A DNA stretch of 64,000 nt, taken from NCBI GenBank assembly GCA_963847445.1, contig CAWJZV010000014.1, positions 64,001 through 128,000 of the forward strand, given 5' to 3'. Both the position numbers and the translations under genes were made by a program. The notes under the pieces are model-generated. The model searched no databases, was not told the DNA's origin, and worked only from the letters and a program-made list of their open reading frames with translations. Below, one piece after another: positions 21,531 to 31,639 of the stretch. Each line of letters opens with the position of its first letter. The stretch's first letter is position 1. The stretch comes from an uncultured delta proteobacterium. Its GTDB lineage: Bacteria; Desulfobacterota; Binatia; UBA9968.

Positions 21531-21686
21531 CGTCGCACCTCCGTCATGACCATCGTGCAGTTCACGCTCCCGCACCGCCACTCCAGGGCGGATCATGATC
21601 CGCCCCGACACGAATCCCGATATCTTTTTTTGCGCCCTTCGTGCTCTTTGTGGTTAAAAATCCGAATCTGCCACTCTGTAAACTCA

Positions 21687-22751
21687 TTAGTCGGTCAGCC
21701 GGTAAAACGTCCGCGCGTTGTCGGCCAGGATCTTGCGCTTGGCCATATCGGTAATATCCTTGCGTGCTTCGAGCTCGGGTATGTCGTGGAGGTACTGCGC
21801 GCGCTGGCGCTCGTGCGGATAATCCGACGCGAAGAAAATATGATCCTCGCCGAACAGTTCGAGCACGTAAGGCAAAGTGCGTTCTTCCGACTCCAAGGAA
21901 ACGTAGACCTGCCCGCCAGTGATGTAGTCGCTCGGCCGCTTGTTCAACCGCGGCGCCCATTTCTTGCCGCGCCGCTCGAAGTCTTCATCGAGGCGGTCCA
22001 TCATGAACGGCACCCAGCCGGCGCCCGCTTCGAGATAGGCGACGCGCAACTGCGGGAACAGCTCGAACACGCCCTGAAAAATCATGTTGGTCATCTGAAT
22101 CATCAATGGCAGCGGATGCTCCAGCGCGTGAACTTCAGCGAACGAATCGAAAAAGTCGAAACCGAGGTCGCGGCTCGGCGCGCCGTGGATGGCGATCGGC
22201 AGATCGAGCTTGCAAGCCTCTTCGTAGAGCGGGAAAAAACTCTCATGGCCGTAGCCCTTGCGCAGCCGGTTCACCGAGGGAAACATCGCGCCGGGCATGC
22301 CGAGATCGTGCTTCACCCGGCGCATCTCCTGGATCGCCGCCGGCACATCGTGGATCGGAATGATCGCCGCGCCGAGGATGCGCGAATTTTTCTTCGTGTA
22401 AGTCGCGTGCAGCCAAGAGTTGTAAGCGCGGGCGATATCCACCGCCCAGGCCGGGTCTTGGATCAAGCCGAACGCCAGCGCCGCCGTCGGATAAACCACC
22501 GTGGTCTGAATGCCGCACTCATCGAGAAACGAAACCCAGGTATCGCAGTCGGGATAATCGCGCAGCCCCGGCGAACTCATGCCGGAGAGCCGCGACCAAC
22601 CATCGAGGGAAGGAAATGGCGAGAACGTATCGGCCCAGCTTTCGTCCTTGGACGTGCCGCGATAGTTGCCGCCGAGATATTCGAGAATCTCTTTGCTGCG
22701 CTCGGTGATATGACCGTCGCCGTCGATCACCGGAAAACGATTTTGCCGCAT
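21687..22751 (-). CDS. Amidohydrolase_2 family protein
   Basis: IDGDGH, ARAYNSWL, YLEAGAGW, FASDYPH. Confidence 0.9.
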   Translation of the reverse strand: MRQNRFPVIDGDGHITERSKEILEYLGGNYRGTSKDESWADTFSPFPSLDGWSRLSGMSSPGLRDYPDCDTWVSFLDECGIQTTVVYPTAALAFGLIQDPAWAVDIARAYNSWLHATYTKKNSRILGAAIIPIHDVPAAIQEMRRVKHDLGMPGAMFPSVNRLRKGYGHESFFPLYEEACKLDLPIAIHGAPSRDLGFDFFDSFAEVHALEHPLPLMIQMTNMIFQGVFELFPQLRVAYLEAGAGWVPFMMDRLDEDFERRGKKWAPRLNKRPSDYITGGQVYVSLESEERTLPYVLELFGEDHIFFASDYPHERQRAQYLHDIPELEARKDITDMAKRKILADNARTFYRLTD

Positions 22752-22836
22752 GACCCGCCCTCTCGATCCAGGATTGGTGGCCGCTATCTATCTATCGAGT
22801 CCGGGCTTGTTGTCAAGCTGTTCTTCGGATCAATTT

Positions 22837-23035
22837 GTTCAAACAGTTCAAATCGTTCAAGCCGTTCAAATCGTTGGCGCGCGCTGGCGCGCGGTTCAAT
22901 GTTCAAGGGTTCAAACGTTCAACGTCGGATCGCCGATCAGCAGGATGATAGAAATCTTTCTCGAACTTTGCGCCTCGGCGTCTTTGCGGGAGATCTTCCG
23001 AATCTATTTTGTGACCTTTGCGTTCTATGCGGCTA
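22837..23035. repeat. Stack of repeat arms: 9-mer GTTCAA arm, GCGCGC hairpin plus 7/8-mer GTTCAA arm, and a CTTTGCG-type arm
   Basis: Direct reading; 22958-23035 is the reverse complement of the family at 31143-31203. Confidence 0.8.
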
Positions 23036-23047
23036 CTCCTCCGAGCC

Positions 23048-24109
23048 TTAGATTTGATAAAACCGCTTGGCGTTCTCCCTCAGCACGGCGCGTTTGTCGG
23101 CGTCCGAGATCGGCGCTTCGGCGACCTCTTCGATCTCGTGCAGGATATCGTCGGGGCCGATCTCATGGGGGAAATCGCTGGCGAACAGGAAATGCTGATT
23201 GCCGGCGCGCTGGATTTGATAGGCCAAGCCTTCTTCGTTGCCTTCGCAGCCGATATAAACTTGCCCCTTCTTGATGTAGTCGCTCGGCACATCTTCCACC
23301 GACGGGCCTTTATATTTGCCGCGCAGATTGAGTTCGAGGTGATAGGAGTGCGAGCGGTCCAAGCGGTCCATCCAGAATGTCACCCAACCGGCGCCGCCTT
23401 CGAGAAAGCCCATGCGCAGGCGGGGAAACTGGTTGAACACGCCGTGATAAACCATGCCGGTGAAGGCGATGATCAACGACAACGGATGGCCGAGCGCGTG
23501 AATCGGCACGAAGGTCTCGAAAGTATCCAAACCCATGCTGTGATGCGCCCCGCCGTGCACGCCCAACGCGCACCCCAGGCGCTCCGCCTCGGCGTAAACC
23601 GGCCAGTAGGTTTTGTGACCCAAGTCGAAGGGCAAGCCGCGCGACGGCAGCATGGCGCCGACGAAGCCCAATTCGGTAATCGCCCGGCGCAGCTCGACCA
23701 CGGCTTCGTCAACGTCCTGCAGCGGCAAGAGCGCCATGCCTTTCAAGCGCGGGCTTTGCTTCAAGTAGCGATCATGCAGCCAATCGTTGTACGCGCGCGC
23801 GACCAAGCAGGCCCAATCGGGATGGCTGATGTTGCCGATGCGCAGCCCTTTGGTCGGATAGAGCACGGCAAATTCGAGATCCGCCATCTCGACAAACTCC
23901 AGCCACTCCTTGGGCCCGACCCGCTTGCCGCCGCCGAAGGATTTCTTATTGCGCGTCGAATGGCCGCCGATGTGATGAAAGTCGAGGGACGGGAACAACC
24001 GGTCCCAACTCAACTGATGATCCTGCGCCCGATAGGAAGCGTCGAGATAGTCGAACAAACTGTCGTCCTCGATCACATGGCCGTCGGCATCGATGATCTT
24101 GTAGTCCAT
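23048..24109 (-). CDS. Amidohydrolase_2 family protein
   Basis: IDADGH, ARAYNDWL, FLEGGAGW, FASDFPH. Confidence 0.9.
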   Translation of the reverse strand: MDYKIIDADGHVIEDDSLFDYLDASYRAQDHQLSWDRLFPSLDFHHIGGHSTRNKKSFGGGKRVGPKEWLEFVEMADLEFAVLYPTKGLRIGNISHPDWACLVARAYNDWLHDRYLKQSPRLKGMALLPLQDVDEAVVELRRAITELGFVGAMLPSRGLPFDLGHKTYWPVYAEAERLGCALGVHGGAHHSMGLDTFETFVPIHALGHPLSLIIAFTGMVYHGVFNQFPRLRMGFLEGGAGWVTFWMDRLDRSHSYHLELNLRGKYKGPSVEDVPSDYIKKGQVYIGCEGNEEGLAYQIQRAGNQHFLFASDFPHEIGPDDILHEIEEVAEAPISDADKRAVLRENAKRFYQI

Positions 24110-24188
24110 GGGGGTCTCCCAAAATAAGTTGGAGTAATGGAGTGTTGAAGTAATGGGACAGTCAGCGAGATTCGCGCATCGCGCGTTT

Positions 24189-24246
24189 ATCCGAGAACCT
24201 TGAACCTTTGAACCCTTGAACCTTGAACGGCGCGCGCAGCGCGCGC
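24189..24246. repeat. TTGAAC tandem arm plus GCGCGC hairpin, inverted partner of 22876-22929
   Basis: atccgagaac cttgaac ctttgaac ccttgaac cttgaac ggcgcgcgcagcgcgcgc. Confidence 0.8.
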
Positions 24247-25232
24247 TATTTCCCCTCTTTCAATTCACGGAGCGCCTCGTTCAAATAGCTCTCGTCGACA
24301 TATTTCGCCGGAGCCGGCAGCTGGCCTTTGCTCTGGTTCTGCTCCGCCATCATCTGAATCACCGCGCGCATGCCCTCGGCATTGACCCGTCCGTCGGCGT
24401 CCCAGGCTTTGTTGCCGGCGTAGTATTGCCAGGCACGGCGACCGTGCTCCGGCTTGAAGGCGAACTCTTTGGTCATGTAATCGGTCGCCGCTGTCTCGTT
24501 TTCCATCAACCAGCGGATCGCCCGCAGGTAACCCTTGAGGAAGCGCACCATCAAGCGGCGATTCTTCTCCGCCCAAGCGCGGCTGCCGGCGATCACGGTC
24601 AGCTGATAGTTCGGAAATACCTCCATGAAACTGCCGATGGCATGATAGCCCAACTCCTCGGCGGCAAAATTGTACGGCAGCGCAAGCGGCGCCGCGGCGA
24701 TTTGATTCGATGTGAGGGCGGTAAACAGCTGCGGCGTGCCGCCGATAATTAACAATTTATAATCGCGCGGATATTCCAATCCCTTGGCTTTAAGCACATG
24801 GCGTAGAATCAAGCCGGTGCCCGCCGTCAGGCTGATCGTGCCCAGCGTCGCGCCGCGCAGATCGTCAAAGGTTCGGTAATTCTTACCGCCGAGTATCCAG
24901 TGCGCCAACCGCTGCGTGTTCCCCGCCGCGATGAATGCATCCAGTCCACGGTCCGCCGCCACCAGCGGCGCATCGGGCGCCAGCACCGAAGCGTAGACCG
25001 AGCCGCCGACCAAGGCTTGAATCACCCGGTCCGAACCGCGAATCACCACCGGTTGAACATCGAGCCCCTGCTGGGCAAAAAACCCCTGCTTCACCCCCGC
25101 CCACAGCGGCGTGTAACCCGCCGTCTTGGTCGATGCACCGACCGGAAAGGAGATTCGCTCCTGGCCATGCAACGATGCAACAAACAGATGCGCTGCAATC
25201 AGCGTCGTACTTGCATATCCACTCCACCTCAT
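24246..25232 (-). CDS. ABC transporter substrate-binding protein (SsuA/NMT1/THI5-like)
   Basis: Signal peptide, GFFAQQGLDV, DDLRGATLG, RFLKGY, YVDESYL. Confidence 0.85.
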   Translation of the reverse strand: MRWSGYASTTLIAAHLFVASLHGQERISFPVGASTKTAGYTPLWAGVKQGFFAQQGLDVQPVVIRGSDRVIQALVGGSVYASVLAPDAPLVAADRGLDAFIAAGNTQRLAHWILGGKNYRTFDDLRGATLGTISLTAGTGLILRHVLKAKGLEYPRDYKLLIIGGTPQLFTALTSNQIAAAPLALPYNFAAEELGYHAIGSFMEVFPNYQLTVIAGSRAWAEKNRRLMVRFLKGYLRAIRWLMENETAATDYMTKEFAFKPEHGRRAWQYYAGNKAWDADGRVNAEGMRAVIQMMAEQNQSKGQLPAPAKYVDESYLNEALRELKEGK

Positions 25233-25252
25233 CGCGTTACCTCATCAGGCAT

Positions 25253-25306
25253 TCCGAACGTCTTGAACGGTTTGAACGGAGCGCAGCGATTGAACGGCTT
25301 GAACCC
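25253..25306. repeat. 9-mer TTGAACG tandem arm
   Basis: ccgaacg tcttgaacg gtttgaacg gagcgcagc gattgaacg gcttgaacc. Confidence 0.75.
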
Positions 25307-25318
25307 ATTCTAGTCCGA

Positions 25319-26377
25319 TTAGTTCCAAACCGTGATGCCCATCAAATTTTTCCCGGCCTCGAGATCGTGAAACGCGTCGTTGATCTGGTCGTAGCCGTAG
25401 CGCTTCGATACCAAGCCCGACACCTCGACACGTTTGTCGCGCACCATGTTGAGCACTTCGACGACATCGGTGGGCCGGCGCAGCGCCACGCCGGCGATCT
25501 TGATCTCCTGCATGGTGAAGCTGCCGTCGCTGATGGTGAACGGCACTTTGCCCAGGCCGCCGATGATCGTCGCCGTGCCGCCGGGACGGGTCGCTTGAAT
25601 GATTTGATCCGAGGTTTTGACGTTGCCCAACGCCTCGAAGGATTTGTTGACGCCGCCGTCGGTCAAGTCGCGCACCGCTTTGACCGGATCTTCCTTGGCG
25701 CCGTTGATCACGTGGGTGGCGCCGAACTTTTTCGCCGCTTCGAGCTTATGGTCGTAGAGATCGACGGCGATGATCGGATAGGCGCCGAAGGTGCGCAGGA
25801 ACTGAATCGTGTTGAGGCCGACGCCGCCGCAGCCGATCACCAGCGCCGAATCGCCGGGCTTGATCTCGGCGGAGTTTTTCACCGCATTGTACGCCGTCGT
25901 CATGCGGCAGCCGACCACGCTCGCTTCTTCCAGCGACAAGCCTTCCGGCAGTTTGAAGACCATGTAGCCGGGCAGCGCGAGATACTGCGAGAAGCCGCCG
26001 ACGTTCCAGCGAAAAATCTCCTGGCCGTCGGTGCGTTTCAACGACGCCGGCGCCGGCCGGGCGCGGCATAGGTTTTCCCGTCCCGCCATGCAGTATTGGC
26101 AATGGCCGCAGCGGTAGCGCGTGCCGACGATGACCGCGTCGCCGGCCGTGAACGCGCCGCGCTGGCTGGCGCCGACTTCGGCGATGGTGCCGGAAACTTC
26201 ATGGCCGATGATGGTCGGCACCTTGCTGGGAATCCGTCCCTCGATGACTTTGAAATCGGTGTGGCAAACGCCGCAAGCTTTGACCTGGATCAAGACTTCA
26301 TCCGGCCCGATCCCCGGAATCTCGAAGTCTTCGATCGTCATCGGTTTATTCAGTTCATGTAAAACCGCAGCTTTCAT
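25319..26377 (-). CDS. Zinc-binding alcohol dehydrogenase (MDR family)
   Basis: CGVCHTD, GHEVSG, CGHCQYC...C, GCGGVG. Confidence 0.93.
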   Translation of the reverse strand: MKAAVLHELNKPMTIEDFEIPGIGPDEVLIQVKACGVCHTDFKVIEGRIPSKVPTIIGHEVSGTIAEVGASQRGAFTAGDAVIVGTRYRCGHCQYCMAGRENLCRARPAPASLKRTDGQEIFRWNVGGFSQYLALPGYMVFKLPEGLSLEEASVVGCRMTTAYNAVKNSAEIKPGDSALVIGCGGVGLNTIQFLRTFGAYPIIAVDLYDHKLEAAKKFGATHVINGAKEDPVKAVRDLTDGGVNKSFEALGNVKTSDQIIQATRPGGTATIIGGLGKVPFTISDGSFTMQEIKIAGVALRRPTDVVEVLNMVRDKRVEVSGLVSKRYGYDQINDAFHDLEAGKNLMGITVWN

Positions 26378-26419
26378 GGCAATCCCCCTCGTGCAAGATG
26401 GGCGATCCTACTACAAGCA

Positions 26420-26507
26420 AATGGAGAATTGAAAATGGATAATGGATAACGAAAAACCTAAGAGTCATGCGAATCTCCGACGATTATCAATTCTCCATTA
26501 TCCAATT
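26420..26507. repeat. Palindromic element with inverted heptamer arms (AATGGAT/AATTGAA versus ATTATCC/ATTCTCC)
   Basis: Left arm 26420-26450, right arm 26483-26507. Confidence 0.75.
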
Positions 26508-27737
26508 GCTGCGCAATCTGCCTTCTTTCCGGCCGCTTCGCGAAGAACATGCACACCGTCGACAAGAGCGCCGAACAGGCGAATATGCCGAACGCGATCG
26601 CGTAGCTCTTAGTCCGTGTCGTGAACGTAGCCGGCGATGAGCGGTCCCATGAAGGTGCCGATGGTGGTGATCGTCCGGCTGACGCCTTGGATGGTCGCAA
26701 ACGCTTTGGTGCCGAAGTAGTCCGCGCGGATCGGCTCCTGGCTCGCCGCCAGACCGCCGTAAGCCAGGGAATAAATAATCATGCAGGTGGTGAACAACAC
26801 GGCTTGACCGGACACGCCCATGAACGCCACCGAACCTGCCAGCGCCAGCAAGCAACAACATGATGAGCTTGCGCTTGTCGACCAGATCGCCGAGCCAGCC
26901 GGCCGCCAAGCGCGACGGCACGCCGATAAACGCCGAGACACCGAGCAGCGTGCTGCCCGCCTCCGTGCTCCAGCCGCGGTCGACGAGCAGAATCACGAAA
27001 TGCACCGACACGCCTTCGGTCACCATGTGTCGCAACGCCATGGCGACCGAGAGAAACCAGAACGCCGGCAGACGCAGCACTTCTTTGAGAGTGAATTGCG
27101 GGTCCGCAGAACCATGCGACTCGTCGCGCCGCCATGCTGCGAAGCCAGAGAGATCTCTTGCTCCGCTCTTTTCGCGCTGCGCGATGCGATTGATGGCGTA
27201 AGCGATGGGCACACCGACGAGCGCCAACATCGCCGCGGACATGATCGCCGCCATTCGCCAGCCCCAGGTGACGATAATCCAGCCGATGATTGGCACCATG
27301 ACACCGGAGAGACCGGGGCCCGAGCGAAATATACCGAAAGCCAAGCTGCGCCGCTCGCGAAACAACTGGGCGATCAAGAGACTGATCGGCATGTGGTAGC
27401 CGAGGCTCGATCCCAAGACGATGCCGAGGACGATCGCCACATAGAGCATCGGTAAGCTGTAGACGAAGCTAAGCGCAACGAATCCGGCGGCGCACAGGCA
27501 GATGCCGAAATACATCATGCGCCGCGGCCCGAACCGATCGACGAAATAGCCTTCGATGGGACCGAACAGTCCCGATTCGACGCGCGCCAGCGAAAACGCC
27601 CCCGAGATCGCCGTCCGGCTCCAGCCAAATTCTTTTTCAAATGACGGGAAAAACGCGCTCAGGCCGAAGTAAGCGAAACCAGTATTGGTTGCATGGGTGA
27701 GACAACCGAGAATGACGATCCACCATTTGCGGTCCAT
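26458..27737 (-). CDS. MFS transporter (frameshifted)
   Basis: GYFVDRFGPRR motif A, multiple TM helices, ADYFGTKAFATIQG; 3' end approximate. Confidence 0.87.
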
Positions 27738-27848
27738 CCCACCAGATGTCGGAAGAAACCAGCAACTGTCAAGAGACTGCTAGCGCGAAATCGCAAAGGC
27801 ACATACTTAATGTGGCAAGTGCTGCAGTCCTTCTGGTATATTGGCAAA

Positions 27849-28046
27849 GTGAAAGTGCGGGATGTGATCCGATGGATCGAATCGGACGGTTGGCGCTGCG
27901 TTGTCACTGAAGGAAGTCACCGGCAATTCAAGCATGCGACAAAACCCGGTCGCGTCACCGTCAGCGGCCATCCCGGCGACGACATGCCGAGAGGAACTCT
28001 TGCATCAGTCATCCGGCAAGCCGGCCTCAAAGGAGCGAAACGATGA
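27849..28046 (+). CDS. hicA: HicA family toxin
   Basis: DGW...GSHRQFKH..KPGRVTV..HPG.D...GTL.S...QAGL. Confidence 0.92.
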   Translation: MKVRDVIRWIESDGWRCVVTEGSHRQFKHATKPGRVTVSGHPGDDMPRGTLASVIRQAGLKGAKR

Positions 28047-28306
28047 AGAAGCTACAGTACTTGGTTCGTATCAACAAAGAGCTTCAAAGCGATTGGGGCG
28101 CGTCAGTGCCTGATCTTCCTGGCTGCGTTGCCACCGGCAAAACCATCGACGCAGCCCTACGGCGAATCCAAAGTGCTATCGCTTTGCATCTTAAAGGCAT
28201 GCGCGAAGATGGCGTCAAAGCGCCACCGCCACGCCACCGCTCAGTTACCCCCCGGCGCACGGATAGATTAGTGGATTTCTACGCCACCATTGAGGTTGCG
28301 GCCTAG
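28043..28306 (+). CDS. hicB: HicB family antitoxin
   Basis: WGASVPDLPGCVATGKT; ATGA overlap with hicA. Confidence 0.92.
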   Translation: MKKLQYLVRINKELQSDWGASVPDLPGCVATGKTIDAALRRIQSAIALHLKGMREDGVKAPPPRHRSVTPRRTDRLVDFYATIEVAA

Positions 28307-28314
28307 AGCACCGC

Positions 28315-29585
28315 ATGGAGCAACCCAACGTCAATTCGCTCTCCGCTGTCAAAGAAACCTCGACAAAAGAAGCGCGCGCGATCCATGATCGCGTCCTCGT
28401 CCTCGACTCCCATATAGACTTCGAGCCCGAAGACTTGACCGGCGAGCGCAATTACACCGCAGCGCGCTCGAAACCCAATTCAATCTGCCCAACATGATCG
28501 ACGGCGGCCTCGACGCGCTGTTCTTCGTCATTTACGTCGGCCAGACCAGGGAAGAGTCAGAATCCGGACGCGCTCAAGGCGGCTGGATACGAGCGCGCTT
28601 ACCAAGCCGCAGTCGAAAAGTTCGACGCCGTGCACCGATTCACGAGTGAGATCGCGCCGGAGCGAATCGAAATAGCCTTGAGCGCGGCGGACATTCGCCG
28701 CATCCACGCCGATGGCAAAAAAGCCGCGCTCATGGGCGTCGAGAACGGCTATCCGCTCGGCGATGATTTGACCCGCGTGAAAGAATTCTACGAGCGCGGC
28801 GCGCGCTACCTCTCGCTCAGCCACAACGGCCACAACCAGCTCGGCGACTCCCACACCGGCGAGCGCGAGGGCTGGAAATGGCAAGGCGTTTCGCCCCTCG
28901 GCGACACAAGTCATCGCCGAGATGAACCGTTTGGGCATCATGGTCGACATCTCGCACGCGTCGAAGCAGTCGATGATGCAAAGCGCCGCGCTGTCCAAAG
29001 CGCCGATCATCGCCTCCCACTCCGGCGCGCGCGCGCTGTGCAACGTCAGCCGCAACCTCGACGACGAACAGCTGCTCGCGTTAAAAAACACCGGCGGCGT
29101 CATCCAAATGGTCGCCTACGACGGTTTCGTAAAAACCACCGCGGCGGATTCCTCCGAGCGCGCCGCCGCCCTCGCCGAGGCCAGGAAACCATTCAATCTC
29201 CCCGATCCGAGTAAGTTGAGCCAACGCGCCCGGGCCCAGGCCGCGCTAAAAGCACTGCCGCCGACCAGCGCGCAAAATACGACAACAGAAACTCGCCGAG
29301 ATCGACGAAAAACTTCCCGGCGACCCGCCGGCGACAGTCAAAGACTTCGTCGACCACATCGACTACGCCGTCAAGCTGATCGGCATCGACCATGTCGGCA
29401 TCTCGTCGGACTTCGACGGCGGCGGCGGCGTCATCGGTTGGAACGACGCCGGCGAAACCTTGAATGTCACCATCGAACTGGTCCGCCGCGGCTACACCGA
29501 AGCGCAGATCGAAAAACTCTGGAGCGGCAATCTGCTGCGGGTGATGGACGACGTGCAGCGCATCGCGCGCGACCTGCAAAAGTAA
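28315..29585 (+). CDS. Membrane/renal dipeptidase family (peptidase M19), frameshifted
   Basis: VLDSHID, MGVENG, MVDISH, IASHSG, SRNLDD, GIDHVGISSDFDG, WSGNLLRV across frames. Confidence 0.87.
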
Positions 29586-29598
29586 ATCAGTTCATCAT

Positions 29599-29620
29599 GT
29601 AGGGTGCGCTTACGCACAAC
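29599..29620 (+). repeat. GTAG-type REP-like hairpin
   Basis: GTAGGGTGCGCTTACGCAC. Confidence 0.5.
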
Positions 29621-29717
29621 AGAATTGTCAGCTCCAGCGGAGTTGACAAGATGCAGGGCAGGCGAGACAATCCCCGCAACACACGCGAGTTCAGCAAAAT
29701 AGCAAGAGGTAAATCCC

Positions 29718-29969
29718 ATGACGAACGAATCAACGGATGTATCGAAACTGCTTGAACGGATCACAATCGATTCAGATATCTGCCATGGAAAACCTTGTAT
29801 TCGAGGATTGCGGTATCCAGTGGACATGATTTTGGAGTTGTTGAGCGCAGGGATGAAGAACGAGGAAATTCTCGCCGACTATGATGACTTGGAACCAGAA
29901 GACATCCTTGCGGTGTTGGCCTTCGCCGCCCGCCTAACTCAAATCAAACGGGTACAAGCCGTGCTGTAA
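29718..29969 (+). CDS. DUF433 family antitoxin
   Basis: RITIDSDICHGKPCIRGLRYPV...EEILADY. Confidence 0.92.
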   Translation: MTNESTDVSKLLERITIDSDICHGKPCIRGLRYPVDMILELLSAGMKNEEILADYDDLEPEDILAVLAFAARLTQIKRVQAVL

Positions 29970-30445
29970 TGAAATTCTTGGTCGATGCGCAGCTCCCGCG
30001 CCGGTTGGCGCGATGGCTGCAAGTTGAAGGGCATGAGGCCCTTCATACGCGAGATTTGCCCAGGGGAAACCGCACTGGCGACACCGCGATTAACGAGATT
30101 TCCGTGCGAGAGCAACGAGCGGTCATTACCAAGGACGAAGATTTTGTCGTCATGTTCTTGTTGCGTCATCAGCCCTACAAACTACTCTTGGTTTCCACCG
30201 GCAATATTAGCAATAAAGAGTTGGAGCAATTGTTCCGCAATAACCTCGAAGCCATTTTAGAAGCCTTCGAAACCCATGACTTTGTCGAACTTGATCGGTG
30301 CACCATGACTTGCCACTGGCTAAAGACAGCTAAGCTCGCCCTGGAAGCGCTAACCTCTCTAGGAACGGATTCGGTCAATGCAAAAAGACACCAAAAAACA
30401 GGAATTCATTCTAGCCGAGATCGACGACTTCAATCTCGAAATTGA
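29969..30445 (+). CDS. DUF5615 PIN-like toxin (C-terminus probably extended by read-through)
   Basis: MKFLVDAQLP...VITKDEDF; TAATG overlap with the DUF433 gene. Confidence 0.88.
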   Translation: MKFLVDAQLPRRLARWLQVEGHEALHTRDLPRGNRTGDTAINEISVREQRAVITKDEDFVVMFLLRHQPYKLLLVSTGNISNKELEQLFRNNLEAILEAFETHDFVELDRCTMTCHWLKTAKLALEALTSLGTDSVNAKRHQKTGIHSSRDRRLQSRN

Positions 30446-30551
30446 ACTCACGCGGCAAAATAAAGCTTTGATGAAGCTACTTGAGGCCCGCGGCAAACAG
30501 ACTAAAACATTCAAAACGGCTGATGTTAAGAACCAGCCCGGTCTCGATTGA
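30402..30551 (+). pseudogene. C-terminal remnant of an antitoxin-like small protein
   Basis: EFILAEIDDFNLEIELTRQNKALMKLLEARGKQTKTFKTADVKNQPGLD*, no start codon or N-terminus. Confidence 0.45.
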
Positions 30552-30740
30552 CGCCAATCACGGTGAGCAGCCGGCAAGATCGTCGCGTCGTAGGCACTTA
30601 TCTCAAAGGAGAGAGCGAACTCGTCGAGAAGTCGTGTCGGGTTCACTTGCGCACCTTTCCAGGAGCCATAGCGGCAATTGATTTTTCGCTGAGCTGAGAT
30701 ATACGGCGCATATGCGACTCTTAGAATGCAGGAGGGCACT

Positions 30741-31145
30741 ATGACCATTCGAAGCTTCGACCATGTCGCCATACCGATCCAGAACACCGACGCCATGCTG
30801 TCTTTCTACCGAGCATTGGGGTTTGGCGTACAGGACCGAGGGCAGGCTTACTCGGTCTTTTTCGGCGACAACAAGATCAATTTTCACAGCCCCGACAAAT
30901 GGCATAGCCCGCAGTTCACTCTGCGCGGCCCCACTGCCGTGCCCGGCTGCGGCGACTTCTGCTTTGTCTGGGAGGGTTCGGTCGAGTCGTTAAAGGCCAC
31001 GCTCGACCAAGCCGGCGCCAAAATCATCGAAGGCCCGATCCAACGCCAGGGCGGCCGCAACAACGGCCGCGCCAATGGCACAAGCTTCTACTTCCGCGAT
31101 CCCGACTCCAACCTTTTAGAGTTTATGATTTATAAAGAAGATTAG
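30741..31145 (+). CDS. VOC / glyoxalase family protein
   Basis: FDHVAIP, YFRDPDSNLLE. Confidence 0.9.
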   Translation: MTIRSFDHVAIPIQNTDAMLSFYRALGFGVQDRGQAYSVFFGDNKINFHSPDKWHSPQFTLRGPTAVPGCGDFCFVWEGSVESLKATLDQAGAKIIEGPIQRQGGRNNGRANGTSFYFRDPDSNLLEFMIYKED

Positions 31146-31326
31146 CCGCAAAGCCGCAGCTGAATTTCGGAATATCTCTCGCAAAGGCGCAAAGACGCGA
31201 AGGTGACGGGCCGATGCCCGTCATCCCGAGCGAATGCGAGGGATCTAAGAAAGATTTCTCCCTCTGGTCGAAATGACAATGATTCCGAACTTGGCGCCTT
31301 AGCGTCTTGGCGAGAGGAATATCCGA
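31143..31326. repeat. Nested palindromes: CGCAAAG-arm element with an internal GTCAT...ATGAC REP-like element
   Basis: Outer arms 31168-31203 and 31290-31326; inner 31220-31277. Confidence 0.8.
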
Positions 31327-31445
31327 GTCCAAGATTTTTACAATCCGGAAAATTTGCGCACAGGCTATCGGCAAACATGTTGAGCTAGTTTTCGGATCGA
31401 ATGCAACGGGCGCAAGATCACATGCCATAGCAGAGAAATCCGAAC

Positions 31446-31528
31446 GTAGGGGCGTATGGCATACGCCCTGGGGTGGTGGTATTGGCGTGGCGACCAAAGC
31501 TGCGTAGGCGAGGCAAATTCGCAACTAC
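31446..31528. repeat. Two GTAG-type REP-like hairpins
   Basis: GTAGGGGCGTATGGCATACGCCCT and GTAGGCGAGGCAAATTCGCAACTAC. Confidence 0.6.
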
Positions 31529-31639
31529 GGTTCGCGCAATTTTTCGATCGTCCCTTCCCCGGACTCGTAAGCTCTGAGCGCCGTCGAAGGACCCCGACGC
31601 CGTTTGGTCCGATCAACAAAGCATGCTAGACACAGCCGC

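Noticed and set aside
21546-24127. Long antisense ORFs (for example 21546..23051, 23018..24127; also 35780..37009 and 56957..58339)
   Set aside because: Shadow ORFs opposite well-supported genes, expected in high-GC DNA
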